DNA from: Ferroglobus placidus DSM 10642
GTDB lineage: Archaea; Halobacteriota; Archaeoglobi; Archaeoglobales; Archaeoglobaceae
Assembly (NCBI RefSeq): GCF_000025505.1
Contig: NC_013849.1
Span: forward strand, 1,980,001-2,012,000
Length of the DNA: 32,000 bases
Direction: 5' to 3'
Shown: positions 15,919-24,022 of the stretch, piece after piece
Layout of the letters: each line of letters begins with the position of its first letter
Numbering within the stretch: the first letter of the stretch is position 1
Notes under the pieces: generated by a model
Databases searched by the model: none
Seen by the model: the letters and a program-made list of their open reading frames with translations, nothing else
What the model was told of the DNA's origin: nothing
Made by a program: the position numbers and the translations under genes

Positions 15919-17081
15919 GTGATGTTGCAATAGTGGGAGCTGGGACAACCAAGTACGGAAAGCATCTTGACAAATCAGCAACCGACTTGGCGCAGCTAGC
16001 GGTAAAGGAGGCTATTGAAAGTGCCGAAAACATATCGATCGAAGACTTCGACGGCTTTGTTCTCAGCTCCCAGAATCCAGAGATCCTTCAAAAGCAGGGA
16101 AATTCGGTAAACCACTTCTCTGAATTTCTAGGGATTAAAGCGAAGTTTGCCACTCGTGTCGAAGGGGCTTGTGTAAGTGGAAGCATGGGGCTAATTACGG
16201 GCTACATGGCTGTAAAATCGGGGCTTGTAGATCTTTGCTTGGTTGTAGGTGTTGAGAAGTGTTACGAGCTCCCCTCAAGCTCAGACATAATGGCAGCTTT
16301 TTCTTACGTTATAGACAGAGACTGGGAGGCAGCCTTAGGTTCTAACGCACCGATGGGTTTTGCTATGTTTGCAACGAGACATATGAGTATTTACGGAACA
16401 AAAGAGGAACAACTTGCAATGGTAGCTGTGAAGAACAGAAAATTCGCTTCGAAAAATCCGAAAGCCCATTTTCAAAAACCTATAACGATCGAAGACGTTT
16501 TAAATTCCCGACCAATTTCCAAACCTCTCAAGCTTCTCGATTGCTGTCCAGTGAGTGATGGAGCTTCGGCGGTGATTTTAACGAGAAAAGAACTCGCTAA
16601 GAATTACACTGATACGCCAGTCTATATAAAAGGGTTCGGGCAGTATCTAATCAATGAGAATGTTATAAGCAGCATTTCAGATCTGACGGAATTTACAGCT
16701 CTGAAGATCGCTGCAAGAGAAGCATACAAACGAGCAAAAATAGAGCCGAAGGATGTAGATGTTGCAGAAGTGCACGACTGCTTTACAATAGCTGAAATCC
16801 TTGAGATAGAAGCGTTGGGTTTCTGCAATAAGGGAGAGGGTGGGAGGTTTGTAGAAGAGGGAGAGACTGACTTGGGCGGAAAAATTCCAGTAAATACTGG
16901 AGGAGGTTTGCTTTCGAGGGGACATCCAATAGGTGCAACTGGGATTTGTCAAGCGGGAATAATCTTCGAGCAGCTGAGAGGAGAGGCTCCAAAAGGAAGA
17001 GCCGTTGATGCGGAAATTGGACTAACCCAAAATCTCGGAGGATGGGGTACGAGCCAGGCAGTCATAATTTATTCGAGGTGA
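15915..17081 (+). CDS. thiolase-superfamily protein (archaeal/SCP-x-type acetyl-CoA C-acyltransferase)
   Basis: 388 aa. Motifs: the active-site Cys region VEGACVSGS, the C-terminal NTGGGLLSRGHPIGATG, and EVHDCFT. Its ATGA start overlaps the hbd stop. Confidence 0.8.
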   Translation: MSDVAIVGAGTTKYGKHLDKSATDLAQLAVKEAIESAENISIEDFDGFVLSSQNPEILQKQGNSVNHFSEFLGIKAKFATRVEGACVSGSMGLITGYMAVKSGLVDLCLVVGVEKCYELPSSSDIMAAFSYVIDRDWEAALGSNAPMGFAMFATRHMSIYGTKEEQLAMVAVKNRKFASKNPKAHFQKPITIEDVLNSRPISKPLKLLDCCPVSDGASAVILTRKELAKNYTDTPVYIKGFGQYLINENVISSISDLTEFTALKIAAREAYKRAKIEPKDVDVAEVHDCFTIAEILEIEALGFCNKGEGGRFVEEGETDLGGKIPVNTGGGLLSRGHPIGATGICQAGIIFEQLRGEAPKGRAVDAEIGLTQNLGGWGTSQAVIIYSR

Positions 17082-17085
17082 AAAA

Positions 17086-17505
17086 ATGAAAATTATGGAA
17101 GTACCTCCTCGCTATCCGAACTTTGAACAGACTGCCATAAAGAAGTTCTGGGATTCTTTAAAAGAAAAAAAGCTTCTTGCTACAAAATGCTCAGAATGCG
17201 GAAAAATAGAATTTCCTCCGAAAATCGTGTGTACCTCTTGTTACTCGGACAAGATGGAGTGGACCGAACTGCCTAAGAGGGGAAGAATCTACTCTTTTAC
17301 AGAAATGCATGTCGTACCAACGGGTTTCAAGCCTCCTTTGACGGTTGCTGTTGTGGAGCTGGAAAACGGAGTGAGGCTGTTTAGCTACGTAGTTAATGCA
17401 AGATTCGAAGAGCTGAACGTTGGAGATGAGGTCGAGATAGATTTTCAGGAGATAAACTGGTACGACTACAAAAAACATCCGTACTTCGTTTTTAGAAAAA
17501 TATGA
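17086..17505 (+). CDS. DUF35 Zn-ribbon/OB-fold protein (thiolase partner)
   Basis: 139 aa. It has the rubredoxin-like CSECGKIEFPPKIVCTSC followed by an OB-fold segment. This is the classic pairing immediately downstream of an archaeal-type thiolase. Confidence 0.8.
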   Translation: MKIMEVPPRYPNFEQTAIKKFWDSLKEKKLLATKCSECGKIEFPPKIVCTSCYSDKMEWTELPKRGRIYSFTEMHVVPTGFKPPLTVAVVELENGVRLFSYVVNARFEELNVGDEVEIDFQEINWYDYKKHPYFVFRKI

Positions 17506-17515
17506 GGTGTTCTAT

Positions 17516-17980
17516 ATGTCTCAAGCTGAGAAGGATCTAAAAGTTATGTGGAACATTTGCCGAGACTTCTTTTACAAATGGAGATCAGTTGTTGAGGAGG
17601 AATTCGGTAGAGAGAAGGCAAGAGAGCTCGTGAAAAAGTTCTGGGAAAAAGTTGGAGAGGGTACTGCAGAACTATACAAAGAGCACGGAGTAAATCCGGA
17701 AAGTCTCAGTGAGATAGCTAAAGCAATAGCGAGAAGCAGTGAAATCATGGGAGAAAGAGTGGAAATAATAGAAAAAGGAGATAGAGTTATCGTCAGACAT
17801 ACCTCATGCCCTTGGTTCGACTGGGCTAAGAGGTTCGGATTGGAGGAGGAGGATAAAGAAGGATGTGATATCTGGTTTAAAGTGACTGTAGAGAAGATGA
17901 ACCCTAGAGCAAAGGTTGAATCAACGAAATCTTTCGCAGCTGGAGACGATTTTTGTGAGAGAATAATTTATTTTAAATAA
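17516..17980 (+). CDS. small Cys-containing protein, possibly ATC-hydrolase-like/V4R-related ligand-binding fold (uncertain)
   Basis: 154 aa from ATG 17516, 6 nt after GAGGTG. Motifs: HTSCPWFDWAKRFG...EGCDIWF...AAGDDFCERIIYF. The C-terminal GDDxCE resembles the end of the V4R protein at 21955. Confidence 0.4.
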   Translation: MSQAEKDLKVMWNICRDFFYKWRSVVEEEFGREKARELVKKFWEKVGEGTAELYKEHGVNPESLSEIAKAIARSSEIMGERVEIIEKGDRVIVRHTSCPWFDWAKRFGLEEEDKEGCDIWFKVTVEKMNPRAKVESTKSFAAGDDFCERIIYFK

Positions 17981-18004
17981 TTATTTAAATTTTTAAAATT
18001 TTTA
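17981..18004 (+). terminator. T-run cluster, candidate terminator of the hbd operon
   Basis: TTATTTAAATTTTTAAAATTTTTAG lies directly after the stop at 17980. Confidence 0.3.
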
Positions 18005-18022
18005 GAAATCTAAGATAAACCG

Positions 18023-18033
18023 ATAACAGTTAT
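18023..18033. promoter_or_regulatory. perfect 5-1-5 inverted repeat ATAAC-A-GTTAT, a second operator-like site about 90 bp upstream of P4
   Basis: CGATAACAGTTA shares 11 of 12 positions with CGATAACCGTTA of P1; only the central spacer base differs. Confidence 0.4.
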
Positions 18034-18116
18034 TGTTGGCGGTGCGTGAGGTGCTTGAAGCGCTTAGTAAGTTAAAGTTCAGAGTTTTCGTTTCTTCAAT
18101 TTTTCCAATTTTTCAC

Positions 18117-18168
18117 TATCAATAACCGTTAAATTTATATTGGTTAGATTACATGATTAATTGTGACA
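18117..18168 (+). promoter_or_regulatory. promoter/operator cassette P4: exact 19-mer (18122-18140) plus exact 18-mer ACATGATTAATTGTGACA (18151-18168)
   Basis: Both boxes are identical to P1, with a 10-nt spacer against 9 nt at P1. The SD AAGAGGTG (18175-18182) and hyuA ATG 18188 follow. Confidence 0.75.
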
Positions 18169-18187
18169 TCTTAAAAGAGGTGTTCGA

Positions 18188-20242
18188 ATGAGAATCGGGA
18201 TCGATGTCGGTGGAACTTTTACCGACGTTGTTCTTGTAGATGATCAATCTGGAAAGCTTTACCACACGAAAACTCCAACAACGCCAAAAGATCTGACTGT
18301 CGGAGTTTTAAGAGGTATTGAAAAAATTCTTGAGATCAGTTCTGCAAAAATTGAAAATTTGAAGTATATAGTCCACGGAACGACGATAGGAACGAACGCA
18401 CTCATAGAAAGAAAAGGAGCAAAAACAGGGCTTATAACTACTGAAGGATTCATAGACGTGCTGGAGATAGGTAGATTCCAGCGGCCTAAAGAAGGACTTT
18501 ATGATATGACCGTAGACAACCCAGAACCTCTTGTTCCGAGGTATTTGAGAAAGGGTGTTAAAGAGAGAGTTAACAGCAAGGGAGAAATCGTAAGACCTCT
18601 CGACGAAAAATCGGCAAGAGAAGCTGTGGAGTTTTTAATCTCTGAAGGTGTTGAATCAATAGCAGTTTCGTTTCTGTTCTCGTTTTTGAATCCGACTCAC
18701 GAGAGAAGGGTTAGAGAGATAATAAAAGAAATTAATCCAGAGATTTACATTTCTCTTTCCTCTGATATAGCTCCAGAATTTAGGGAATACGAGAGAACAA
18801 GTACGACAGTCCTGAATGCCTACCTCCAGCCAATACTTGAAAGGTATCTTGAAGATCTTCAGAAAAAGCTTGAGAAAAAGTATGGAATAGAAGACCTAAG
18901 AATTATGCTCGTTCACGGAGGAATAATGCCGGCTGAAACCGCTAAGAAGTATGCGGTGGCAATAGTAAATTCAGGACCAGTGGGAGGAGTTGTAGCTGGA
19001 AGCTTTATTGGCAACATTCTCGGTTTTGAGAACATAATCACAGTAGACATGGGAGGGACAAGTTTTGACATTTCTTTAATTGAGAAAGGGACTCCCGTCG
19101 TTACTACGGAGGGAAAATTCGAAGGTTATCCTGTTAAAATACCCATCGTAGATGTGCATACAATTGGAGCTGGTGGAGGAAGCATAGCTTGGCTCGATAA
19201 AGCCGGAGTTCTTAATGTTGGTCCGCAAAGTGCTGGGGCAGATCCCGGACCAGCATGTTACGCAAAAGGAGGGAAAGATGCTACTGTGACTGATGCGAAC
19301 TTAGTTCTTGGAAGACTTTCTGCGGAGAACTTCCTTGGAGGAGAAATGAAGCTCGATGAGTCTCTTGCGAGAAAAGCAATCTCGAAACTTGCGAATCAGA
19401 TGGACATGAGCGTAGAAGAAGTAGCTATGGGAATAATAAGAGTAGCTGATGCGAAGATGGAAAAGGGGATAGCTACATGCTCGACTGAGAGGGGTTACGA
19501 TGTAAGAGAATTTGCTCTTGTCGCTTTCGGCGGAGCTGGACCATTGCATGCAGTTCAGATAGCCATGGATCTTAACATACCTTGGGTCATAATTCCACCA
19601 CTTCCTTCGGAATTCTCTGCTTTCGGACTTCTTGTTGCAGACATCAAGCATGACTACGTAAAAAGCTACATTGTCGAGGAGGATGAAGTAGATCTGTCTC
19701 TTCTCCAGAGTTACTTTGCTGAGCTGGAGAAAAGAGGAATTGAGCAGTTAAGAAAAGAGGGTGTAAGGGAGGAAGATATGGAAATCAAGTGGTCGATGGA
19801 CATGCGTTATTCCGGACAGAGCTACGAGTTGAACATTCCGGTTGAGAGGGGGACGAAGTTCACGAAGGAGAGTTTTGGAGAAATCATAAAGAGGTTCCAC
19901 AAAAGACACGAGGAAGTTTACACTTACAGTTCCGAGGATGAAAAGGTGGAAATCGTTAATCTAAGGGTAACTGCAATTGGAAAAGTGCCGAAAATTCAGC
20001 TTGAAAAAATCGAGAGAGGAAATAGAAATCCCCCAAGCGAGGCTTTAAAAGAAGAAAGAGAAGTTTATTTTGGAAACGGATTTTTGAGAGTACCAGTTTA
20101 CACAAGAGAGCTGATGCTTGCTGGAAATTTTGTAGAAGGACCATGTATAATCGAGGAGAGGTTCTCGACGACTGTTATTCACCCAGGCTGTAAGGCTAAG
20201 ATTGACGATTTCGGTAATATCATTGTTGAGGTGAAAGTCTGA
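18188..20242 (+). CDS. hyuA: hydantoinase A/oxoprolinase family subunit (HyuA; acetone/acetophenone carboxylase beta-type)
   Basis: 684 aa. The ASKHA ATPase start is MRIGIDVGGTFTDVVLVD, followed by the second phosphate motif VDMGGTSFDISLI. Confidence 0.85.
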   Translation: MRIGIDVGGTFTDVVLVDDQSGKLYHTKTPTTPKDLTVGVLRGIEKILEISSAKIENLKYIVHGTTIGTNALIERKGAKTGLITTEGFIDVLEIGRFQRPKEGLYDMTVDNPEPLVPRYLRKGVKERVNSKGEIVRPLDEKSAREAVEFLISEGVESIAVSFLFSFLNPTHERRVREIIKEINPEIYISLSSDIAPEFREYERTSTTVLNAYLQPILERYLEDLQKKLEKKYGIEDLRIMLVHGGIMPAETAKKYAVAIVNSGPVGGVVAGSFIGNILGFENIITVDMGGTSFDISLIEKGTPVVTTEGKFEGYPVKIPIVDVHTIGAGGGSIAWLDKAGVLNVGPQSAGADPGPACYAKGGKDATVTDANLVLGRLSAENFLGGEMKLDESLARKAISKLANQMDMSVEEVAMGIIRVADAKMEKGIATCSTERGYDVREFALVAFGGAGPLHAVQIAMDLNIPWVIIPPLPSEFSAFGLLVADIKHDYVKSYIVEEDEVDLSLLQSYFAELEKRGIEQLRKEGVREEDMEIKWSMDMRYSGQSYELNIPVERGTKFTKESFGEIIKRFHKRHEEVYTYSSEDEKVEIVNLRVTAIGKVPKIQLEKIERGNRNPPSEALKEEREVYFGNGFLRVPVYTRELMLAGNFVEGPCIIEERFSTTVIHPGCKAKIDDFGNIIVEVKV

Positions 20243-21955
20243 TGAAGGCTGATGCTATTACGATGCAGGTTATTAGATACGCTCTTGAGAGGATTGCCGA
20301 CGAAATGGGGTATACAATAGTCAGAAGTGCGAGATCAACCATAATCAAGGAAGTTATGGACATCAGTTGTGCAATTTTCAATGAGAAAGGATATACGATA
20401 GCCCAAGCTCATCACGCCCCTATGCTTCTCGCGGGTTTCGAAATCACTATGAGAGAACTCGTCAAAAGATTTCCTCCAGATTCTCTTGAGGATGGAGACG
20501 TTATAATCTCTAACGATCCTTACATGGGTGGACAGCACGTTATGGACGTTCAAACCTTCGCTCCCGTGTTCTACGAAGATGAGCTCGTGGGTTTCGTTGG
20601 AAGCATTGCACACATGACAGACATGGGAGGAGCTGTTCCGGGAGGAGTTGCTGGAGGAATGACGGACATATTCATGGAAGGTCTTAGACTTCCGATGATC
20701 AAGCTGTACAAAGGATACAAAGAAAATGAGGATGTTTTTGCGATTTTGAAAAACAACATAAGAGTTCCAGAAAAAACTCTTGGTGATATAAGAGCTCTCG
20801 TCTCTGCAGACTACGTTGGGATCAAAAAGGTTAGAGAACTCTACAAAAAATACGGTGTCGAAGTAGTTTCTGAATGCCTAAACGCTCTTCTGGATTACTC
20901 CGAAAGGAGGATTAGAGAGGGGATAGAAAAGCTTCCCGATGGAAAATACAGCGGAGAAGTTTACATCGATGATGACGGAGTTACAGATGACCCAGTCAGG
21001 ATTAAAGTAAACGTTAGGATAAAAGGAGACGAAATAAAAGTCGATTTCAACGGAACTTCGAAGCAGGTTAGGGGTAACATAAACTGTCCGATAGCAACGA
21101 CCTATGCGGCAGTTTACTACACAATCATAGCGGTTGTCGATCCTCACGTCCCGATAAACTCCGGCTGCTACAGACCGATAACAATCGAAGCCGAAGAAGG
21201 ATTAGTGGTCAACCCCCGCCCACCAGCGGCTGTTGCAGCGAGAACCAACTGCTCTCAGAAAATAACTGAAGCCATGCTCAAAGCTTTGAGCGAAGCAGCC
21301 CCTGACAGAGTTATGGCTGGCAGTCATGCCCAGATAACAACCTGCAGCTTCAGCGGTTATCAGAACGGAAAGAGGTGGATATACATCGAAATCATGGGAG
21401 GAGGAATGGGAGCTCGTTCGTTCAAAGATGGTAAAGACGGGCAGGACTCGCATCTTGCGAGGTTTATGAACACTCCGATAGAAGCTATAGAGATAGAATA
21501 TCCGGTAATGATAGAAAGGTACGAGTTCATACCCGATTCAGGGGGAGCAGGAAAATACAGAGGAGCTTTAGGCTTGAGAAGAGACATCAGGTTTTTGACG
21601 GACGAAGTAGTTTTCGCAAGGTATGGAGACAGTCAAAAGTTTCCCCCCCCACGGTCTTTTCGGAGGAAAACCCGGCATGCCAGGAAGGTTTATTCTTAAT
21701 CCGGATAAAGACAACATCCGTTTGAAATCGAAGGGGGTTGACGTTTTGAGGAAGGGGGATGTCGTTAGCTTGCAGCTTCCCGGAGGCGGAGGATACGGAA
21801 ATCCGCTTGAAAGAGACTTTTCTCTAATCGAAAGGGATGTCAGAGACGGGAAAGTTACGATAGAGGGAGCTAAGAGAGATTACAAGGTTGTAATAGATCC
21901 AAAAACCCTGAAGGTTGATGTTGAGGCTACGAAAAAGCTGAGAGGTGAAATCTAA
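20242..21955 (+). pseudogene. hyuB: hydantoinase B/oxoprolinase family subunit (HyuB), reading frame broken in a C8 tract
   Basis: ORF 20242-21699 carries the HyuB N-terminal and core regions. ORF 21623-21955, in the +1 frame, carries the conserved C-terminus (GLFGGKPGMPG...LPGGGGYGNPLERD). The frames switch at CCCCCCCC, 21643-21650. Removing one C gives the continuous sequence ...QKFPPHGLFGGKPG. Confidence 0.8.
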
Positions 21956-22446
21956 TGGAGATCAAGCTTGTAGAAGAAATCTCTCACGACAAAGAGTCTG
22001 GAGGGTGGTATTATAAAGGGATTCGCTATCTTCTCATCCGACCCGAAACGATAATTGGGATCCAGAAGAAGGTGAATGAAATTTGTGGAGAAAGTAAAGA
22101 GGCTCTTTTCTCAGGAGGATATACCGGAGGTAAGTTATCTGCCGAAAAGTTTGCGAAAGAACTTGGACTTTCAAAAGAGGAAATCCTTGCTTTCATGTGC
22201 TCCATGGGAACTCAGCTTGGCTGGGGAAAAATGGAGTGGGAACTTCGCGAAGAAAAATTCGTTGTTAGAGTTCACAACTCTCCCTTTGCCGAAGCGTACG
22301 GAAATTCAACGAAAGGAGTTTGTCATCTCATCGAAGGTGTTTTTGCCGGGGTTGGGGAGATAATTTTTGGAAAAGCAGTAAGCGAGGAAAGACTGTGCAA
22401 GGCAAAAGGAGATGATTACTGCGAAATAGTTGTTGAGAGAAGGTGA
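21955..22446 (+). CDS. V4R (4-vinyl reductase) domain small-molecule-binding protein
   Basis: 163 aa. Motifs: RYLLIRPETIIGIQ, GGYTGG, GWGKMEW, VHNSPFA, CHLIEGVFAG and a C-terminal CKAKGDDYCEIVV, matching the V4R pattern. Its TAATG start overlaps the hyuB stop. Confidence 0.7.
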   Translation: MEIKLVEEISHDKESGGWYYKGIRYLLIRPETIIGIQKKVNEICGESKEALFSGGYTGGKLSAEKFAKELGLSKEEILAFMCSMGTQLGWGKMEWELREEKFVVRVHNSPFAEAYGNSTKGVCHLIEGVFAGVGEIIFGKAVSEERLCKAKGDDYCEIVVERR

Positions 22447-22452
22447 TGTTTT

Positions 22453-23595
22453 ATGGACTTCACTTTCACCGAAGAGCAGGAGATTTTTAGAAGAACTCTT
22501 CAGGAATTCGTTGAGAAGAAAGTTAAGCCAAAAGCAAACGAAATTGAAAGGAGTGGAGAATTCCCCAAGGATCTTTTCAAAGAACTTGCAGATCTGGGCT
22601 GCTTTGGTTTGAGGTATCCAGAAGAGTACGGTGGTGCCAACGCTGACTGCGTAACCTTCTGCATCTTCTGCGAGGAAATGGCTAAAGGTTTGCTGAGTTT
22701 GGCTGCGAGCGCTACGATTCAAGCTTTCCAGAGCACTCATTTCATAGCCAAATTTGGAAGTGAAGAGTTGAAAGAGGAATACCTCGTTCCAGCCATTAAG
22801 GGAGAGAAAATAGGAGCAATCTGCATGACGGAACCAAATGCCGGCTCGGATCTCGGTAGTATTACAACGACGGCTGTAAAAGACGGAGATGAGTACGTTA
22901 TAAACGGAGTAAAAACTTGGGTGACAAACGGAAGCATAGCCGACTTTTACACTGTCGCCGCAAGAACGAGTAAAGGGAAAGGAATGGAGGGAATAGATTT
23001 CTTTTTGGTGCCAAGAAAAGCGGAAGGGGTTGAAGTGGGAAGAGAAATTGACAAAATGGGTTTGAGAGGTTTGAAGACTTCTGAAGTCGTCTTTAACGAT
23101 GTAAGAATTCCGGCTGATCACCTCCTTGGCGAGAAGGAGGGGATGGGTCACATATATTTGAGGGAGATCTTAGCTGAGATAAGAGTATCCACCGGAGCTT
23201 TAAGCCTTGGAGCCGGTTCTGCTGTGATAAAGGATGCGATAGAATACGCAAAGGAGAGAGTTCAGTTTGGAAAGCCTATAGGAAAGTTTCAGGCTGTGAG
23301 GTTGATGATTGCAGAGGCTGCAACCGAGCTCGAAGCTGCAAAATGGCTCGTTTATCATGCGGCATGGCTTATAGATAAAGGAAGGAAGCCTATTAAAGAA
23401 GCAAGCATGGCGAAGCTGTTTGCGAGTGAGGCGGCGGTTAAAGCGGTTGACATAGCTTCAAGAGTGTTCGCAAGTTACGGTTTTTCAAAAGATCACGCTG
23501 TTGAAAGATTCTACAGAGATGTTCGCTTTCTTATCATCGGAGGTGGAACTTCTGAAATTTTGAAGCTGATTATTGCTTCCGAGCTGGGGTTGTGA
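22453..23595 (+). CDS. acyl-CoA dehydrogenase family flavoprotein
   Basis: 380 aa. Motifs: MDFTFTEEQEIFR, CMTEPNAGSDLGS, and C-terminal FYRDVRFLIIGGGTSEILK. Confidence 0.85.
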   Translation: MDFTFTEEQEIFRRTLQEFVEKKVKPKANEIERSGEFPKDLFKELADLGCFGLRYPEEYGGANADCVTFCIFCEEMAKGLLSLAASATIQAFQSTHFIAKFGSEELKEEYLVPAIKGEKIGAICMTEPNAGSDLGSITTTAVKDGDEYVINGVKTWVTNGSIADFYTVAARTSKGKGMEGIDFFLVPRKAEGVEVGREIDKMGLRGLKTSEVVFNDVRIPADHLLGEKEGMGHIYLREILAEIRVSTGALSLGAGSAVIKDAIEYAKERVQFGKPIGKFQAVRLMIAEAATELEAAKWLVYHAAWLIDKGRKPIKEASMAKLFASEAAVKAVDIASRVFASYGFSKDHAVERFYRDVRFLIIGGGTSEILKLIIASELGL

Positions 23596-23605
23596 GGTGA
23601 CGATT

Positions 23606-24022
23606 ATGGCTGAGAAAAAGAGGAGACTGAGAGTCCTCATCGCAAAAACGGGATTAGACGGTCATGATAAAGCAGCGAAGATCCTCGCTTTGTATCTGAG
23701 AAATGCAGGTTACGAAGTCCTTTATACTGGATTAAGAAGAACGATAGATGAAATTGTTAAAACGGCTATAGAAGAAGATGTTGACGTTATCGGATTAAGC
23801 TTCTACTCCGGAGTCCACCTTCCAGCCACTCAGGAACTTATGCAGAAGCTGAAGGAGGCTAACGTCGAAGATATAGTCGTAGTTGTTGGGGGTGTGATTC
23901 CTAAAAAGGATGTAAAGAAGCTGAAGGAAATGGGGGTTGCGGAAGTTTTTCCGGTTGGAACGAGAATTGATCATGTTTTGGATTTCTTCAAAAAGCTTGA
24001 GGAGGAGATCTGCCATGACTAA
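23606..24022 (+). CDS. B12-binding small subunit of an acyl-CoA mutase (methylmalonyl-CoA mutase C-terminal-domain type)
   Basis: 138 aa. Motifs: RVLIAKTGLDGHDKAAKILA (His-on DxH motif), EDVDVIGLS and VVVVGGVIP. SD GAGGTGA precedes ATG 23606. Confidence 0.85.
   Translation: MAEKKRRLRVLIAKTGLDGHDKAAKILALYLRNAGYEVLYTGLRRTIDEIVKTAIEEDVDVIGLSFYSGVHLPATQELMQKLKEANVEDIVVVVGGVIPKKDVKKLKEMGVAEVFPVGTRIDHVLDFFKKLEEEICHD

Noticed and set aside
18043-18126. A GTG-initiated 27-codon ORF (VREVLEALSKLKFRVFVSSIFPIFHYQ) in the hbd/hyu intergenic region
   Set aside because: It has no SD or promoter of its own, an unremarkable sequence, and ends inside the promoter box. It may be a gene remnant, but I cannot support it as coding.
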